DNA of 64,000 bases, from contig CASFQA010000003.1 in assembly GCA_949296775.1 (NCBI GenBank), positions 47,935 through 111,934 on the forward strand, read 5' to 3'. Positions 16,507 through 28,200 of the stretch are shown one piece after another (positions within the stretch are counted from its first letter, which is position 1; each line of letters opens with the position of its first letter). A model generated the notes under the pieces. The model ran no database searches, had not been told where the DNA came from, and worked only from the letters and a program-made list of their open reading frames with translations. The translations under genes and the position numbers were made by a program. This stretch comes from an uncultured bacterium. GTDB taxonomy: Bacteria; Bacillota_I; Bacilli_A; RFN20; CAG-826.

Positions 16507-18432
16507 TTATTCGACCCCCTTGGCTTGGATATCGGCGATCTCTTGGTAGAGGGCGCAGTCCTTCATTAGCTGCTCATGGGTCCCGTAACCGACCATCTTC
16601 CCGTTATCGAGGACCAAGATCTTGTCGCAGCGTTTGACCGAGTCGATCCGCTGGGCAATCATGAATACCGTGGTCGACTTGAGGCTGGTCGATAGCTGTT
16701 CCTGGATTTTCCGGCTGGTTTCCATATCGCAGGCCGAGACCGAATCGTCGAGGATGAGGATCTTGGGGTCTTTGATGACCGCCCTGGCGATGCAAAGCCT
16801 TTGCTTTTGCCCGCCGGACACCGATTTGCCCCCTTGGGCGACCGGGGTGTCGAGGCCGTCTTTGAAACGGGTGACGAATTCCGAGGCGCCGGCGATCTCC
16901 AAGGCGCGGTTGATCTCATCGTCGCTCGCCCCTTTCTTACCCCATTGGATGTTGCTGCGGATCGTGCCGGTGAAAAGGACGTTGTTCTGCAGCACGACCC
17001 CGATCTCCTCCCGCAAGGCGCGGAGGGAATAGTCCTTGACGTCATGGCCGCCGATCCTCACTTCCCCGACGGTGGCGTCATAAAGCCGGGGAATCAAATT
17101 GACGAGGCTCGATTTGCCCGAGCCCGTCCCCCCGATGATCCCGATCTTCTCCCCGGCGGCGATATGGAGGTTGATCGGTCCGACCGCGGGTTTGGCGGGG
17201 TCTTTGAGATAGGAGAAGATGAGATCCTTGAATTCGACGTCGGCTCCGGAAAGGTGGTCGGGGTCGAAGTCGGCGGTCTTTTCCTTCGGGGCATAGGAGA
17301 TGTCGATTTCCTCGCATAACACCCGGTCGATCCGTTCCTTCGAGGCTTCGGCCCGAGAGTAGAACTGGACGATCATCGAGAGGAAGGAGAAGGACATGGT
17401 GAGGACGGCGGCGTAGCTCGTCAGCATGGTGAGCTCGCCGGCGTCGAATAAGGGGTTGCCGTTATTGAACATGGTCCAAAGCGAATTGGGGTCGGCTTGG
17501 ACGGAATAGAGCATCGAGAAGCCGCCGAGCAATTGGATGATGGCGATGACGATGTTGATGGTGAGGGTGGTGATGGCGCTCGACATCCCAAGCCGGGAAA
17601 CCGAGGAGTAGGTGATGTCGGTCAGCTCGTCGTTGGCCTTTTCGAATTTCTGCTGCATATACCCTTCCCGGCAGAAGGCCTTGACCTCGCGGATGCCCTC
17701 GGTGTCCTCCTCGACGTTGTGGTTGACCGCGTCGATGGCGCTTTGGGTCATGACGAACTGCGGCTTGGTCTTCTTGATGATGTGGCAGATGATGAGGAAG
17801 CCGATGGCGACTAAGGGTAGGGCGATGCAGCCGATCAGCCAGTTGAGGGAGAAGATGAAGATGAAGGCGATGACCGCGACCATCGATTGCTTGAACCCCA
17901 TCCGGACCATCATCATGACGAAGAAACGGATGTTGTTGCAGTCGTTGGACAGCATGGTGGTCAGCTTGCTGACTGGGAAGTCCCCGATGTTGGAAAAGGA
18001 GAATTGCTCGGCTTTGTAGAAGATGGTGTTGCGGAGCCGCTCGATGTAGTCGCTGGAGATGGCGGCCGATAGCTTCATCCCGGCCAATTGGCAGGCGATG
18101 GCCAAAATCGAGCAGGCGATCATAAGGCCGCCGTAAAGCCAAACGTAATAAAGGTTAGGCTGGTCGAACCCGCCGCCGATGACGATCGGCTGGGGCAAGC
18201 CCATGGCATTTAGGTTCCCATATCCCTCCAGGCCATTGCGGATCATGAGCCCCGATAAAAAGGGAATCATCAACTCGAAGAAGGCATCGAAGAGGATGAC
18301 GAAGAAATCGACGATGATAAGCCGCCAGCTGGGTTTAAGGCATTCCATATAGATCGGAAGGGTCTTTTTGGCGTCGGCTTTGTCGATGGCGGCGTCTTCG
18401 GAAGAATAGGTTAAGCTGGAATCTGATCTCAT
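16507..18432 (-). CDS. ABC exporter permease/ATPase subunit (heterodimer partner 1) with extracellular loop insertion
   Basis: Walker A GGTGSGKSS, signature LSGGQKQRLCIARAV, ILILDDSVSACD. Directly adjacent to its partner gene. Confidence 0.85.
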   Translation of the reverse strand: MRSDSSLTYSSEDAAIDKADAKKTLPIYMECLKPSWRLIIVDFFVILFDAFFELMIPFLSGLMIRNGLEGYGNLNAMGLPQPIVIGGGFDQPNLYYVWLYGGLMIACSILAIACQLAGMKLSAAISSDYIERLRNTIFYKAEQFSFSNIGDFPVSKLTTMLSNDCNNIRFFVMMMVRMGFKQSMVAVIAFIFIFSLNWLIGCIALPLVAIGFLIICHIIKKTKPQFVMTQSAIDAVNHNVEEDTEGIREVKAFCREGYMQQKFEKANDELTDITYSSVSRLGMSSAITTLTINIVIAIIQLLGGFSMLYSVQADPNSLWTMFNNGNPLFDAGELTMLTSYAAVLTMSFSFLSMIVQFYSRAEASKERIDRVLCEEIDISYAPKEKTADFDPDHLSGADVEFKDLIFSYLKDPAKPAVGPINLHIAAGEKIGIIGGTGSGKSSLVNLIPRLYDATVGEVRIGGHDVKDYSLRALREEIGVVLQNNVLFTGTIRSNIQWGKKGASDDEINRALEIAGASEFVTRFKDGLDTPVAQGGKSVSGGQKQRLCIARAVIKDPKILILDDSVSACDMETSRKIQEQLSTSLKSTTVFMIAQRIDSVKRCDKILVLDNGKMVGYGTHEQLMKDCALYQEIADIQAKGVE

Positions 18433-18538
18433 AGTTCCCGCATTCTAGAACCATTGGCCTGACTTTGAAAGTGCTAATTTGCCTTAAAGGCATTTCCCTC
18501 TTTAAAGCGAGGTTCATAGCCGTTAATATTCACGCCAT

Positions 18539-19105
18539 ATGGATTGGCCGTTGGTTATCATCACTTCCTGCAATATGGCGATCGACGCGTCGGTCACCAA
18601 TGCCTGCAACGCGGTGAGGGCCGGGCTTCGGAAATGGGGGTTATTGCTCTTCTCGGCCTTCTTGTTCGGGCTCTTCCAAGCGGCCATGCCGACGATCGGT
18701 TATTTCGTGGGCTATGCCTTTAAGGATATTCTCGAGACCTACATCCCTTATATCGCCTTTGCCCTTTTGGCTTTGCTTTCAATCAAGAGTTTCGTTGATT
18801 TCGTTAAGGAATTGCGGGCTAAAGAGGAGGAAAACGCTTCGGAATTGCGATTAAGGGAAATCCTTTTCCAGGCAGTGGCGACCTCGATCGACGCCCTTTG
18901 CATCGGCTTTACCTTCCTTTCCTATTCGATTGCTGAGGCGATGGTTGTCTTTGTTTGCATCGGAGGCGTCACCTTCGCCCTTTCTTTTGTTTGCGCTTTG
19001 CTCGGCAGCTTCCTTTCCAAGCCTTTAAAGCGTTATGCCGGGCTGATTTCTTCCCTGGTTTTCTTGGGGATCGGCTTGAAGATTCTGCTTGAAGCCCTTT
19101 TGTAG
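18539..19105 (+). CDS. mntP: Manganese efflux pump MntP family (DUF204)
   Basis: The two-repeat pattern NMAIDASVTNA / VATSIDALCIGF matches MntP (MSMDAFAASI / TAIATSLDAMAVG). 188 aa. Confidence 0.7.
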   Translation: MDWPLVIITSCNMAIDASVTNACNAVRAGLRKWGLLLFSAFLFGLFQAAMPTIGYFVGYAFKDILETYIPYIAFALLALLSIKSFVDFVKELRAKEEENASELRLREILFQAVATSIDALCIGFTFLSYSIAEAMVVFVCIGGVTFALSFVCALLGSFLSKPLKRYAGLISSLVFLGIGLKILLEALL

Positions 19106-19160
19106 GCGCGAGTATTTCTTATAGAAATAGTTTTGATTGTGCTATATACTTTGCGCCCGT

Positions 19161-21077
19161 ATGGAAAGCCCATCGACTAAGAAAAGTAAAATCAAAACCG
19201 CCTTGAAAGCCGTCGGCATCGTGCTGGCCTTGCTTTTCGCCGATCTCCTTTTCTTTGGCTTTTTCTCGGTTCTTTGGGTCATGCGCTCCTTCCCATACAT
19301 CTCGGTCCCCGAGGCGATTTCGACCCTTATGTCGCTTTCCGGCACCCCGGCCTCCTCGATAATGCCATTCATTTACTCGGCGGTCATCCCCAGCGTCGTG
19401 GTGGCCGTCGTCATCGCCATTACCTACCTTCTGCTCTTTTTGTTCAAAGTCAAAAGGCGGAACCTCATCTGCATTTTGACCTTTACCTTGTCCGGCTTGG
19501 TCGCCGCCGTCCCTTCGCTAGCCGCTTTCTGGAATTATCTTGACCTCACCACCTATATCAAGGCGATGATGACCGAGTCTTCCTTCGTCGATGAGCATTA
19601 CGTCGATCCGGCCTCGATCGAGTTGGAGGCGCCGGAGAAGCCGCGCAACCTCATCTTCCTTTTCCTCGAATCGATGGAAACGACTTATGCTGATGTGGAA
19701 AACGGCGGCTATTTCGATTACAACTACATCCCTGAATTGACCGAATTGGCGGAAACCTACGATGACTTCTCTGGGAATTCCTCGGTTTTGAACGGCTCCC
19801 ACTGCCTGGAATACACCTCTTGGACCATGGCGGCGATGTTCGCCCATACCAGCGGCCTCCCCTTCAAGACGATATTGGGTCAAAACAACATGGATACCCA
19901 GGAAACCTTCTTCCCCAACGTCATGGCCCTTGGCGATGTCTTGGCTAACGATGGTTATGACCAGACGTTCTTCTGCGGGTCGGACGCGACTTTCGGCGGA
20001 AGGCGGCTTTATCTATCCGAACACGGAGGCTTCGCTTTCCGCGATTACGTTTATTATCATGGCCTTCCCTCCTCCGATCCGGACCGCGTCAACCACGATG
20101 GTTGGTGGGGGTATGAGGATTTCCGCCTCTTTGATTTCCTGAAAGAGACGATTTTGGAAAAGCAAGAGGCCGCCTTGGCCGGGAACCCTTTCAACATCAC
20201 CGGCCTTACCGTCGATACGCACTTCAACACCAACGTCAAGGACGATGACGGGCATCCCTGCTATCTTTGCGACCAACAGATGGTCCAAGAAGACCGTTAT
20301 GGGGCGGTTATCTCCTGCTCTTCCCGGCAAATAAGCCAATTCGTCGATTGGTTCTATTCCTCGGGCGAGGTCAATAAGGAAGTCAGCGACAACACCACCA
20401 TGGTATTGGTCGGCGATCACGTCTCGATGACCCCTCGTTGGCTCATAGAGGCCGATAGGGACAACTTCGACCGCCGGACTTACTATTGCTTTATCAATTC
20501 CGCGGTTGAGGTCGCCCCGGAAAAAGCTGATTTGACGCGTGAATACTGCGCTTTCGACACCTATCCCACCACCTTAGCCGCCTTAGGGTATTCGATCCCT
20601 GGGGACCGATTAGGGCTTGGGACCAACTTATATTCCGCCACCCCGACCTTAATCGAGCAATTCGGCGTCGATACCGTCAATACCGAGATCCAAAACCGGA
20701 GCGATACCTTGGAATCGCTTTTGGAGGTCGACGAATTCAACATGACTTATTTGGCCCGGAAGGGCTGGCTCCCGACCGCGACCCCGACGATTGAGGTTAA
20801 GGAAAGCGATATCCATGCCGTCTTGGCTGACATCGGCAAGCCGGTGGAGCTGCGCGAAGGGTTCGTCGGCGCGACCGTGACCATCTCCGCGATCGGCGGG
20901 GAGGAGAAGACTTTCGATTTGCAGCTTCTTGGCGATAACTGGAACTACGGGGCCGATATCCCGATCGCGGAGTTGCCTGAGGCCAAAGCCTGGGGATATA
21001 AGGCTGAGTTCCATCTGCTAGGGGAAAATAGCGGCAACGCCTATAGCTTCGACATCGTCGAATTCGACCTCGATTAA
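19161..21077 (+). CDS. LTA-synthase family sulfatase (LtaS-like phosphoglycerol transferase) with C-terminal extra domain
   Basis: Five N-terminal TM helices. Extracellular sulfatase motifs LIFLFLESMETTY, SWTMAAMFAHTSG and LVGDHVSM. Confidence 0.75.
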   Translation: MESPSTKKSKIKTALKAVGIVLALLFADLLFFGFFSVLWVMRSFPYISVPEAISTLMSLSGTPASSIMPFIYSAVIPSVVVAVVIAITYLLLFLFKVKRRNLICILTFTLSGLVAAVPSLAAFWNYLDLTTYIKAMMTESSFVDEHYVDPASIELEAPEKPRNLIFLFLESMETTYADVENGGYFDYNYIPELTELAETYDDFSGNSSVLNGSHCLEYTSWTMAAMFAHTSGLPFKTILGQNNMDTQETFFPNVMALGDVLANDGYDQTFFCGSDATFGGRRLYLSEHGGFAFRDYVYYHGLPSSDPDRVNHDGWWGYEDFRLFDFLKETILEKQEAALAGNPFNITGLTVDTHFNTNVKDDDGHPCYLCDQQMVQEDRYGAVISCSSRQISQFVDWFYSSGEVNKEVSDNTTMVLVGDHVSMTPRWLIEADRDNFDRRTYYCFINSAVEVAPEKADLTREYCAFDTYPTTLAALGYSIPGDRLGLGTNLYSATPTLIEQFGVDTVNTEIQNRSDTLESLLEVDEFNMTYLARKGWLPTATPTIEVKESDIHAVLADIGKPVELREGFVGATVTISAIGGEEKTFDLQLLGDNWNYGADIPIAELPEAKAWGYKAEFHLLGENSGNAYSFDIVEFDLD

Positions 21078-21120
21078 TCGCCTCGCCTTCGGGTATAATC
21101 AACTCGGAGGCTTTCTTTTC

Positions 21121-22395
21121 ATGAATAAATATCGGGATTTCCTTCTAGGGGCGCTTCTCGCTTCCGGATCATTTTATAAGAATGCCGCCTTTGCGGAAAA
21201 GCAATTGAAAGAGGCGGGATTTACGGAGAGTTTGGATTCCTTCTCTTTTCTAGTCAATCGCGGGGGCGGGGCGATTTTGGCCGTTAGAATGCCCAAGAAA
21301 CTGGTTAAGCCTTATTTCAAGATATACGCCGCCCACATCGATTCGCCTTGTTTGAAGCTGAAAGCCAATCCGGTTTTGCGCCAATCCGGATGCAGCCTCG
21401 TCCAATGTGAGCCTTATGGCGGGCTTATCTATGCCTCTTTCTTCGATCGCCCTCTTTGGCTTTCGGGGATGGTTTACGTGCAGGAGAAGGGTAAGCTAAT
21501 CGGCCGCCTATTCGATAGCGAAGCCCCTTTTGCCTATTTGCCGCGGCTCGCCATCCATTACGATCGGGAGGTCAATAGCCACGAAGAGGTTAACGCCGAT
21601 ACGGGGCTCCGTCCGATTGTCAGCAACGGCGAGGACTTCGATTTCGACGCTTTCCTCCGTTCTTATTTCCCAACGGCCGAGCGGATCCTCAGCCATGACC
21701 TCTATTTGGTGATCAAGGATAAGCCGGCCTTCTTCGGGCAGCATGAGGATTTGCTTTTCTCTCCCCGGCTCGATGATCTCGGCGGGGCTTACCCCGGGTT
21801 ATATGGCTTCTTGGAATCTTCCCCGGCCGAGGAAGACGAAATCCAGGTCTTGAGTCTCTTCGCTTCCGAGGAAGTCGGCTCCGCCACCTATTTCGGGGCC
21901 TCCGGCGGGATGATGGCGGAGACTTTATCGCGGCTAGCCCATAAACGCGGCTTCGATCTAACCGAGGCCTTGCCGCGTTCTTTCCTCGTCTCCAGCGACG
22001 GGGCCCATGCCGGCCATCCGACCCATCCGGAGCTTGAGGACAAGACGGTCCAGGTCCGTTTGGGGCGGGGGATCGCCATCAAGCGGAGCGCTTCCAGCGC
22101 CTATTCGACCTACGCCGCCTCCGAAGCTTTAGCCAAAGCGATTTGCTTAAAGGAGGGGATCCCCTATCAGGATTTCTCAACCCGAAGCGACCTCCGTTCC
22201 GGCTCGACTTTGGCCTCCATTTCCAATTCCCGCCTCTCCCTTCCCTCGGTGGATCTTGGCATCCCGATGTTAGGGATGCATTCGGGGGTTGAGATCGCCT
22301 CCTATTCCGATTTGTTCTGGATGGAAAGGTTCGCCAAGGCCTATTTCGCCACCCCCATAAGCTTTAATGGCCTGGAAATGGAGATCGGGAAATGA
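21121..22395 (+). CDS. M18-family (aspartyl) aminopeptidase
   Basis: AAHIDSPCLKLKANP motif, EEVGS Glu-Glu, SDGAHAGHP and the C-terminal His (GMHSGVEI). Confidence 0.75.
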   Translation: MNKYRDFLLGALLASGSFYKNAAFAEKQLKEAGFTESLDSFSFLVNRGGGAILAVRMPKKLVKPYFKIYAAHIDSPCLKLKANPVLRQSGCSLVQCEPYGGLIYASFFDRPLWLSGMVYVQEKGKLIGRLFDSEAPFAYLPRLAIHYDREVNSHEEVNADTGLRPIVSNGEDFDFDAFLRSYFPTAERILSHDLYLVIKDKPAFFGQHEDLLFSPRLDDLGGAYPGLYGFLESSPAEEDEIQVLSLFASEEVGSATYFGASGGMMAETLSRLAHKRGFDLTEALPRSFLVSSDGAHAGHPTHPELEDKTVQVRLGRGIAIKRSASSAYSTYAASEALAKAICLKEGIPYQDFSTRSDLRSGSTLASISNSRLSLPSVDLGIPMLGMHSGVEIASYSDLFWMERFAKAYFATPISFNGLEMEIGK

Positions 22396-23081
22396 ATCGG
22401 CTGGTGTTAGTCGGGGGCGGTTCCTCCTCCGGGAAATCCTATATCACCTCTGAGGTAATGAAGCGTTTAGGAGAAGAGGACATCGTCCGCTTGACCATGG
22501 ACGATTATTATAAGGATCAATCCGATATTTCTTTGGAAGACCGTTATAAGGTCAACTACGATCATCCGAAGGCTTTCGATTGGCCATTGATGCGAAAGCA
22601 GCTTAAGGACCTTAAAGATGGGAAGCCGGTGCAAAAGCCGGTTTATGACTTCGTGACCTTAACTCGAAGCGAGAAGGTCGAGACCATCGAGCCGAAGAAA
22701 GTGATCTTGGTCGAAGGGATCATGGCTTTGGTCGATAAAGAGATCAGAAAGCTTGGCGATATCAAGGTTTTCATCACCGCCTCGGCCGAAAGGCGGTTCC
22801 TCCGGCGCCTTATCCGCGATAAGCGCGACCGGGGACGGACTTTCGACAACATCGTCTCCCAATACTTCAATACCGTCCAGCCGATGTATGGGGAAGTGGT
22901 GGAACCGAGCTCGATCTACGCCGACTTCATCATCAATAACGATGGCGTCAAGAACATCGCCGTCGATATCCTCACCGTCTTGCTGAAGGAGGAGATTGAA
23001 TCCTCCGGTCATTCCTATTCGCCGAAGGCGATGGAAGAGGAGTTCGATGAAATAAGCCTAGCGGAAGCGTTTGCGAAGTAA
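22392..23081 (+). CDS. udk: Uridine kinase
   Basis: P-loop GGGSSSGKSY, DDYYKDQS, NYDHPKAFDW, PVYDF, ILVEGI, RRLIRDKRDRGR. Collinear with B. subtilis Udk. 4-nt ATGA overlap with the upstream gene. Confidence 0.85.
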   Translation: MNRLVLVGGGSSSGKSYITSEVMKRLGEEDIVRLTMDDYYKDQSDISLEDRYKVNYDHPKAFDWPLMRKQLKDLKDGKPVQKPVYDFVTLTRSEKVETIEPKKVILVEGIMALVDKEIRKLGDIKVFITASAERRFLRRLIRDKRDRGRTFDNIVSQYFNTVQPMYGEVVEPSSIYADFIINNDGVKNIAVDILTVLLKEEIESSGHSYSPKAMEEEFDEISLAEAFAK

Positions 23082-23232
23082 GCCCAGTATATTGACGTCT
23101 ATTTTCAATAGAGTTAACCGAAACCATCTGAATGCCTGACAAATTTCCGGCTTTCGTCAATTTTTAGTTGACCTTTTTTGATTTAGCGAAAAAATTTGCC
23201 CGTTCGAGAGATAGAAAGGAGCCTTTGTTTAT

Positions 23233-25218
23233 ATGAGGAAAAAATCTACGTTGCTAGCTCTCTCGGTATCGGCGTTGCTGCTTTTGGGAAGCTGCGATCC
23301 CGCGCGTACGTCAAGTAGCGAGGAAAGTCCGGTCGATACCACTTCGAAGACGACCCCCGTAACGGATACCACCTCGGATACCGATTCGGAAACCACGCCG
23401 ACCATTACCGTCGACATCACCACCACGGTCACCGAGGTCGAGACCGAGGGAACTTTGGAGTTGACCGCCACCGTAACCGGAGCGGAAGGCGCCAAAGCGA
23501 CTTGGGCCATCAAAACCAAAACTCCGGCGGAGATGGATGCCAGCATCGGCGCCGAAACCGGCGTTTTGAATGCCGGCACTGTAGCCGGAACTTTAGTCGT
23601 TACCGCAACTTATGGGGGCGTTAGCGATGAAATCACCATTACCGTTAAAGAAGCGCCGAAAGTAACGACGGTTAAGATTCTTGGCGCGCCGAGCGAAACC
23701 GTGTATACCGGGACTAACCTCAAGTTAGACGCCTATGTCACTAACGGGCCTGATGGTTATCGCGTTAACTGGACCTGCACGACCGATCCAGCGGATATGG
23801 GCGCGTCGGTCGATGCGAATGGCAACGTCTCAACCGGTACTAAGCCTGGTAAGATCACGGTTACCGCGAGAGTAGGCGAAGCGAGCGATTCGGTTGTCAT
23901 TACCGTAGTCGAGGCGCCGGTCGTCTCCGTCGATATCACGACCACCGACACGCAGGTGGCGATCGGCGGCACCCTTCAATTAGCCGCCTCCATCACCAAT
24001 GGAGAGGATGGGGCCAAACCGACCTGGGCCATCACTAGCAAAGCCCCGGAGACGATGGATGCGACCATCGACCCAGCTACTGGATTGTTAACTGCTGGCA
24101 AAGTTCCGGGCAAGTTGACCGTCACCGCCGCTTACGAAGATGCGGTCGACTCTATTGAGATCACTATTCCGGACCCGGCTTTCGCTACCGATGTTTTCCC
24201 AGCCTCGTATAAGATGACGATCGGCGATTCCTATTTCGAACTCGTTCAAGGAAAAGGCATAATTCTGTCGGGCGCATCCAACGTATATGGTTATATTTTG
24301 GTCGATGAGGTGCTCTACACTGCTGCATACGACGAAAAGCAAGGTTACGTCTATCGTCTTGATCAACCTCTATCGCCCGGTGTTATGACGGTTGATGAGG
24401 CTTTTGCAACCTTCGACCTAAATGCCGATGCTGCGAAATACACCTATGCCTCAACCGATGCGGCAACTGGTAATCACACTTATATCATCGACATAGACGG
24501 CACTCGCGCCCAAGATCTCATTAAGATTTTTGGGATATTTCCGGAGACCGCTAAGGCCGTCGTTAATCCTGATGGTGATCTCGTCTCCTTTACCTTCGTC
24601 GAGGAGGGCAAGGATATAGCCGCCACTATCACCGCGGTCGATGATTTGAGTGAGGAATACAAAGCCTATGTTGGAATCACTATCACTGGCGCCCCGAGTA
24701 AAGCCCCGACTAACGACGAGATCCCACTCGATTTGAATCTGGTCGGCGTCGATGAAGCGGATATTACTTGGTCGATCGTCAAGAACCCAACCACTATGGA
24801 TGCCACCATCGATCAGGACGGCATTCTCCATACCGGGTCGGTTGCCGGGACGGTTACCGTTCGGGCGGCGGCTGGCGATTATTATCATGAGGTCACCATC
24901 GAAATCCAGGTTGTCACTGTCGATATCGGCGGCGTTCCGACCGAACCGGTTTTGACCGGGCAAACGGTCGAGCTAGTTGCTAATATCACCAATACCGACG
25001 AGACGCCGGTCTGGTCGATAACAATGGTGGCCAAAGAGGATGGCAAGACGATGGATGCCACCCTCGATCAAGATGGCATCCTCCATACTGGCACCGTTGG
25101 CGGGACCATTACCGTCACCCTCAGCGTCGCTGGTTACTCTGACGAGGTCGATATCGTAGTTAAGCAACAGCTTAGCGATGGTGGAGCGACCGACGAAGGC
25201 GTGACCGAAGATTGGTAA
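23233..25218 (+). CDS. Surface lipoprotein with about six tandem Big_2 (bacterial Ig-like) domains
   Basis: LLLLGSC lipobox and a Thr/Asp-rich stalk. Repeated units of the form TWAIKTKTPAEMDASI...GTLVVTATYGGVSDEITITV. Confidence 0.75.
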   Translation: MRKKSTLLALSVSALLLLGSCDPARTSSSEESPVDTTSKTTPVTDTTSDTDSETTPTITVDITTTVTEVETEGTLELTATVTGAEGAKATWAIKTKTPAEMDASIGAETGVLNAGTVAGTLVVTATYGGVSDEITITVKEAPKVTTVKILGAPSETVYTGTNLKLDAYVTNGPDGYRVNWTCTTDPADMGASVDANGNVSTGTKPGKITVTARVGEASDSVVITVVEAPVVSVDITTTDTQVAIGGTLQLAASITNGEDGAKPTWAITSKAPETMDATIDPATGLLTAGKVPGKLTVTAAYEDAVDSIEITIPDPAFATDVFPASYKMTIGDSYFELVQGKGIILSGASNVYGYILVDEVLYTAAYDEKQGYVYRLDQPLSPGVMTVDEAFATFDLNADAAKYTYASTDAATGNHTYIIDIDGTRAQDLIKIFGIFPETAKAVVNPDGDLVSFTFVEEGKDIAATITAVDDLSEEYKAYVGITITGAPSKAPTNDEIPLDLNLVGVDEADITWSIVKNPTTMDATIDQDGILHTGSVAGTVTVRAAAGDYYHEVTIEIQVVTVDIGGVPTEPVLTGQTVELVANITNTDETPVWSITMVAKEDGKTMDATLDQDGILHTGTVGGTITVTLSVAGYSDEVDIVVKQQLSDGGATDEGVTEDW

Positions 25219-25229
25219 GGAGAGCAAAT

Positions 25230-28200
25230 ATGAAAAAGAACAAATTGCTTATTCTCTCCGCCTCCTGCGCCCTTGGGCTTAGCCTTGTGGGCGCCGGGGT
25301 GGGAATCGCCCTCTCCGAGAAGGCAAACGCCGATACCCCGTCTAGCACGGTGTTCGACGATGTCCTTGGCGAAGACGCCATTGGCCAAAAGGTCAAACTC
25401 GGAGTCGGGGCAGAGACTTCTGACGTTACTCCGGAAATCGAAACCAATATCGGCGTCTTGGCGGTTGATGGCGAGATCGCTGGCACTAAAGACGTCCGGG
25501 TTTATTTCCGGCTCAATTCCATCAATGGAATTCAAACTGCTTCATTGACCCGCTCTGTCAAGACTGCGGCAGGGGAGGTCGTCAAGGAAGCGAGCACCCT
25601 TGACGTCGATTACGTTTATTCCTCCATCAATGGAGCGGAAGAGGCGACCTGGCTTGATATGGCCGCCGAGGAGCCGGCCGTTATCGCAACCGACGAGCTT
25701 CCCGCCGCCCCGTATTACCTCGTCTACACTTTGAAAAACATCCCGGCTGACCATTGGTTTGATCATGTGAACGTGGTCGCCAAGCTTAATGGAACCGAAG
25801 CTTCGCCAACTCAGGAATTTACCTATAATGTCTATGGGGCGATCGGCGATATTGCGGCTGGGGTTATTTTCGCTCCACGTCCTGATGTTGAGGGCGAATA
25901 TTACGTCAAGAGCTCCGGAGCCGCCGAGGCTGTCGTTCCAGAGAATTACTGCGAATACCATGGGGCGATTGCCACTTTGCTTGGCAAAGTGACATGTGTT
26001 GGCGATCCGACCTCAACTTCTGGCGGGTTTGAATATAAATCCTCATTAACTAGTCTGACTTTGCCCGATACCATTGACACATTCAACAAATGGTCTTTTA
26101 GTGGCGTAAGTTCTTTGAAATCTCTTACCCTTCCGCGAGATTTGACTACTGTTTTGCAGAGCTCGTTTAATAACATGGACTCGCTAGAAACCATTGAATA
26201 TAAAGCTCTCAATCTTACAACGGTTGATGACACTTTCGACAATGAGGGCTTGACCGTTAATGTTTCGGGTGCTGTAGAATCGTTGCCAGACGAATTGATT
26301 ACTGGCGAGGCGGAACTGGTCAATTATGAAGGAACGACGGCCGAATGGGAGGCCTTGAAGACCGATACCAACCAAAACAATGGGCTCTTCATCGACAACG
26401 TCATTTGTTCCGACACCGTCACCCATACCGTCACATTCCATCTTGGCGAAGGAACGATCGGCGATTTGACTGGCGATGTTGATTACACCGTCATCGAAGG
26501 CAAGCTGGCTGCTGACCCGGGCGATGCTTTGCTGCTGGGCATGGCGTTCAAGGGCTGGTATATGGATCAAGCCGGCGAAACTCCGTGGAATCCTGAAACT
26601 CCGGTTACCGGGGATTTGGATATCTATGCCGTGTATGAGGAGTTCGGACCGGGCGCATCGGCGAGCAATCCGATTACCCTAATCACTGGCGAAACCTATA
26701 CCGAGAACCTCGTTCCGGGCTATGAAAAAGTCTATCTGACTTACACTCATCCAGCGGATGCGGAAGCTGATTGGCGTTACCTTTACGTCGATGAGTCGGC
26801 CTGCGAGGAAAGTGAGGTTTCCACGGTTACCGCCAGTAACCTCGACGTGGCTATTGATGTCTACAAAGGGTCATTCGAAGGGGAAAAGGAAGAACTTGGC
26901 TCTAATGACTATGTTTTTGACAGCGCCGTTAAACCGATTGGCACTGACGGAGACATACGTTTCTTGGCTGAGCCGGGGCAGACTTATTGCTTCGTAATCG
27001 ATCCTTATTCAAATGATTACTATCAAGACCGAGTTTATTACGGCAGTCTTGCAATGAAATTCCTTGATTTCGAAGAGGATTCAATTGAAGCGGCTGGTCA
27101 GCTTGTCTACGGCGAAACTTCGACCGTTCGCCGCGACGACTATACTAGCTCAGTTATGACGCCTGCCACGGTCAAGGCCTATACCCCGACGGAAACTAAG
27201 GCGGTTGCCCTTAATATCGGCCGCACGAATTACACTTGGGCTGATGTTGAAGTTTACGATATCACCGATCCTGCAAACCCATCCTCTTTAGGGTCTGATT
27301 CGGATACCAGCGATTCGACGATGATTTTGAATCTTGAGGCCAACCATCGTTATATCTTGGTTGTCGACTTGAACGGGGCGACCAGTGATACCGACTATGT
27401 GACTTTGACAATTGGCGAGATTCCGGCGGGCGCCGATATCTCCAACCCGATCGCCATGACTATTGGTACGCCGGTGACCGTTAATTCCATTAATAGCGAA
27501 TACAGTTACTATTCTCTTACCTTGGATGAAGCGGCGGATTTGGCTTTCACCCTTAATGAAGGTTCATCTTCCTACGCCAAATACTTCAAGGTATACGATA
27601 GCACTGGCGAGCAAGTGGCAACCGCCACCGAAACCGGTGTGCAAAGTGGATGGGGTTGGGACACCACTACCACTTATGGCGGTGAGCTGCTTGAGCGTCT
27701 GCACCTGGAGGCTGGATCCTACGTTGTTGAAGTCGGCTATACCAGCAGCCTCTATAGTTACACCGGCTTTACCTTCCAAGTCGATTATGTCCAAGACGGC
27801 GAATACATCGGGCGTCCTGGCATTGCAAATCTCATTGAGGGCACTAACAACCTTAGGTCGACAAAAGATGGTTACTATTATAGTTATTCTCCGTCTGCTG
27901 ATATGGATGGAAAGTATCTTGTGATAGAGCTGCCCGATCTAGAAGGACTGGTCATTGACGTTGTCGATGCTGATGATGAAGTCATTAAGACAGTTTCAGC
28001 AGGCGGTCAAGTCGGCGTCAAATTAACTCAAGGCACAAACGTGATCTTTGTGCTTCGTGGCATTGATAACAATACGGTTTCTGTAAATGCCCAATTCGTC
28101 GATACCTATCAAGATGGACTCACCGAGGATACTGCCTATACTTTGGATAACGCTGGAATATTTGCTTCTTCTGACGGCGGCGACGGTTTTATATTTACTT

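Noticed and set aside
14373-18142. Numerous 60-226-aa ORFs antisense or out of frame within the ABC exporter genes (e.g. 17462-18142 -, 14843-15193 -, 16801-17319 +)
   Set aside because: They lie inside well-supported ABC transporter genes in a ~60% GC stretch where stop codons are rare. Their products are Arg/Pro/Gly-rich low-complexity sequence typical of GC-driven phantom ORFs.
18433-18538. yybP-ykoY (Mn2+) riboswitch expected upstream of mntP
   Set aside because: The intergenic region is only 106 nt and is shared with the divergent ABC exporter promoter. I could not recognise the conserved yybP-ykoY helices by eye. An Infernal scan would be needed, so it is not called.
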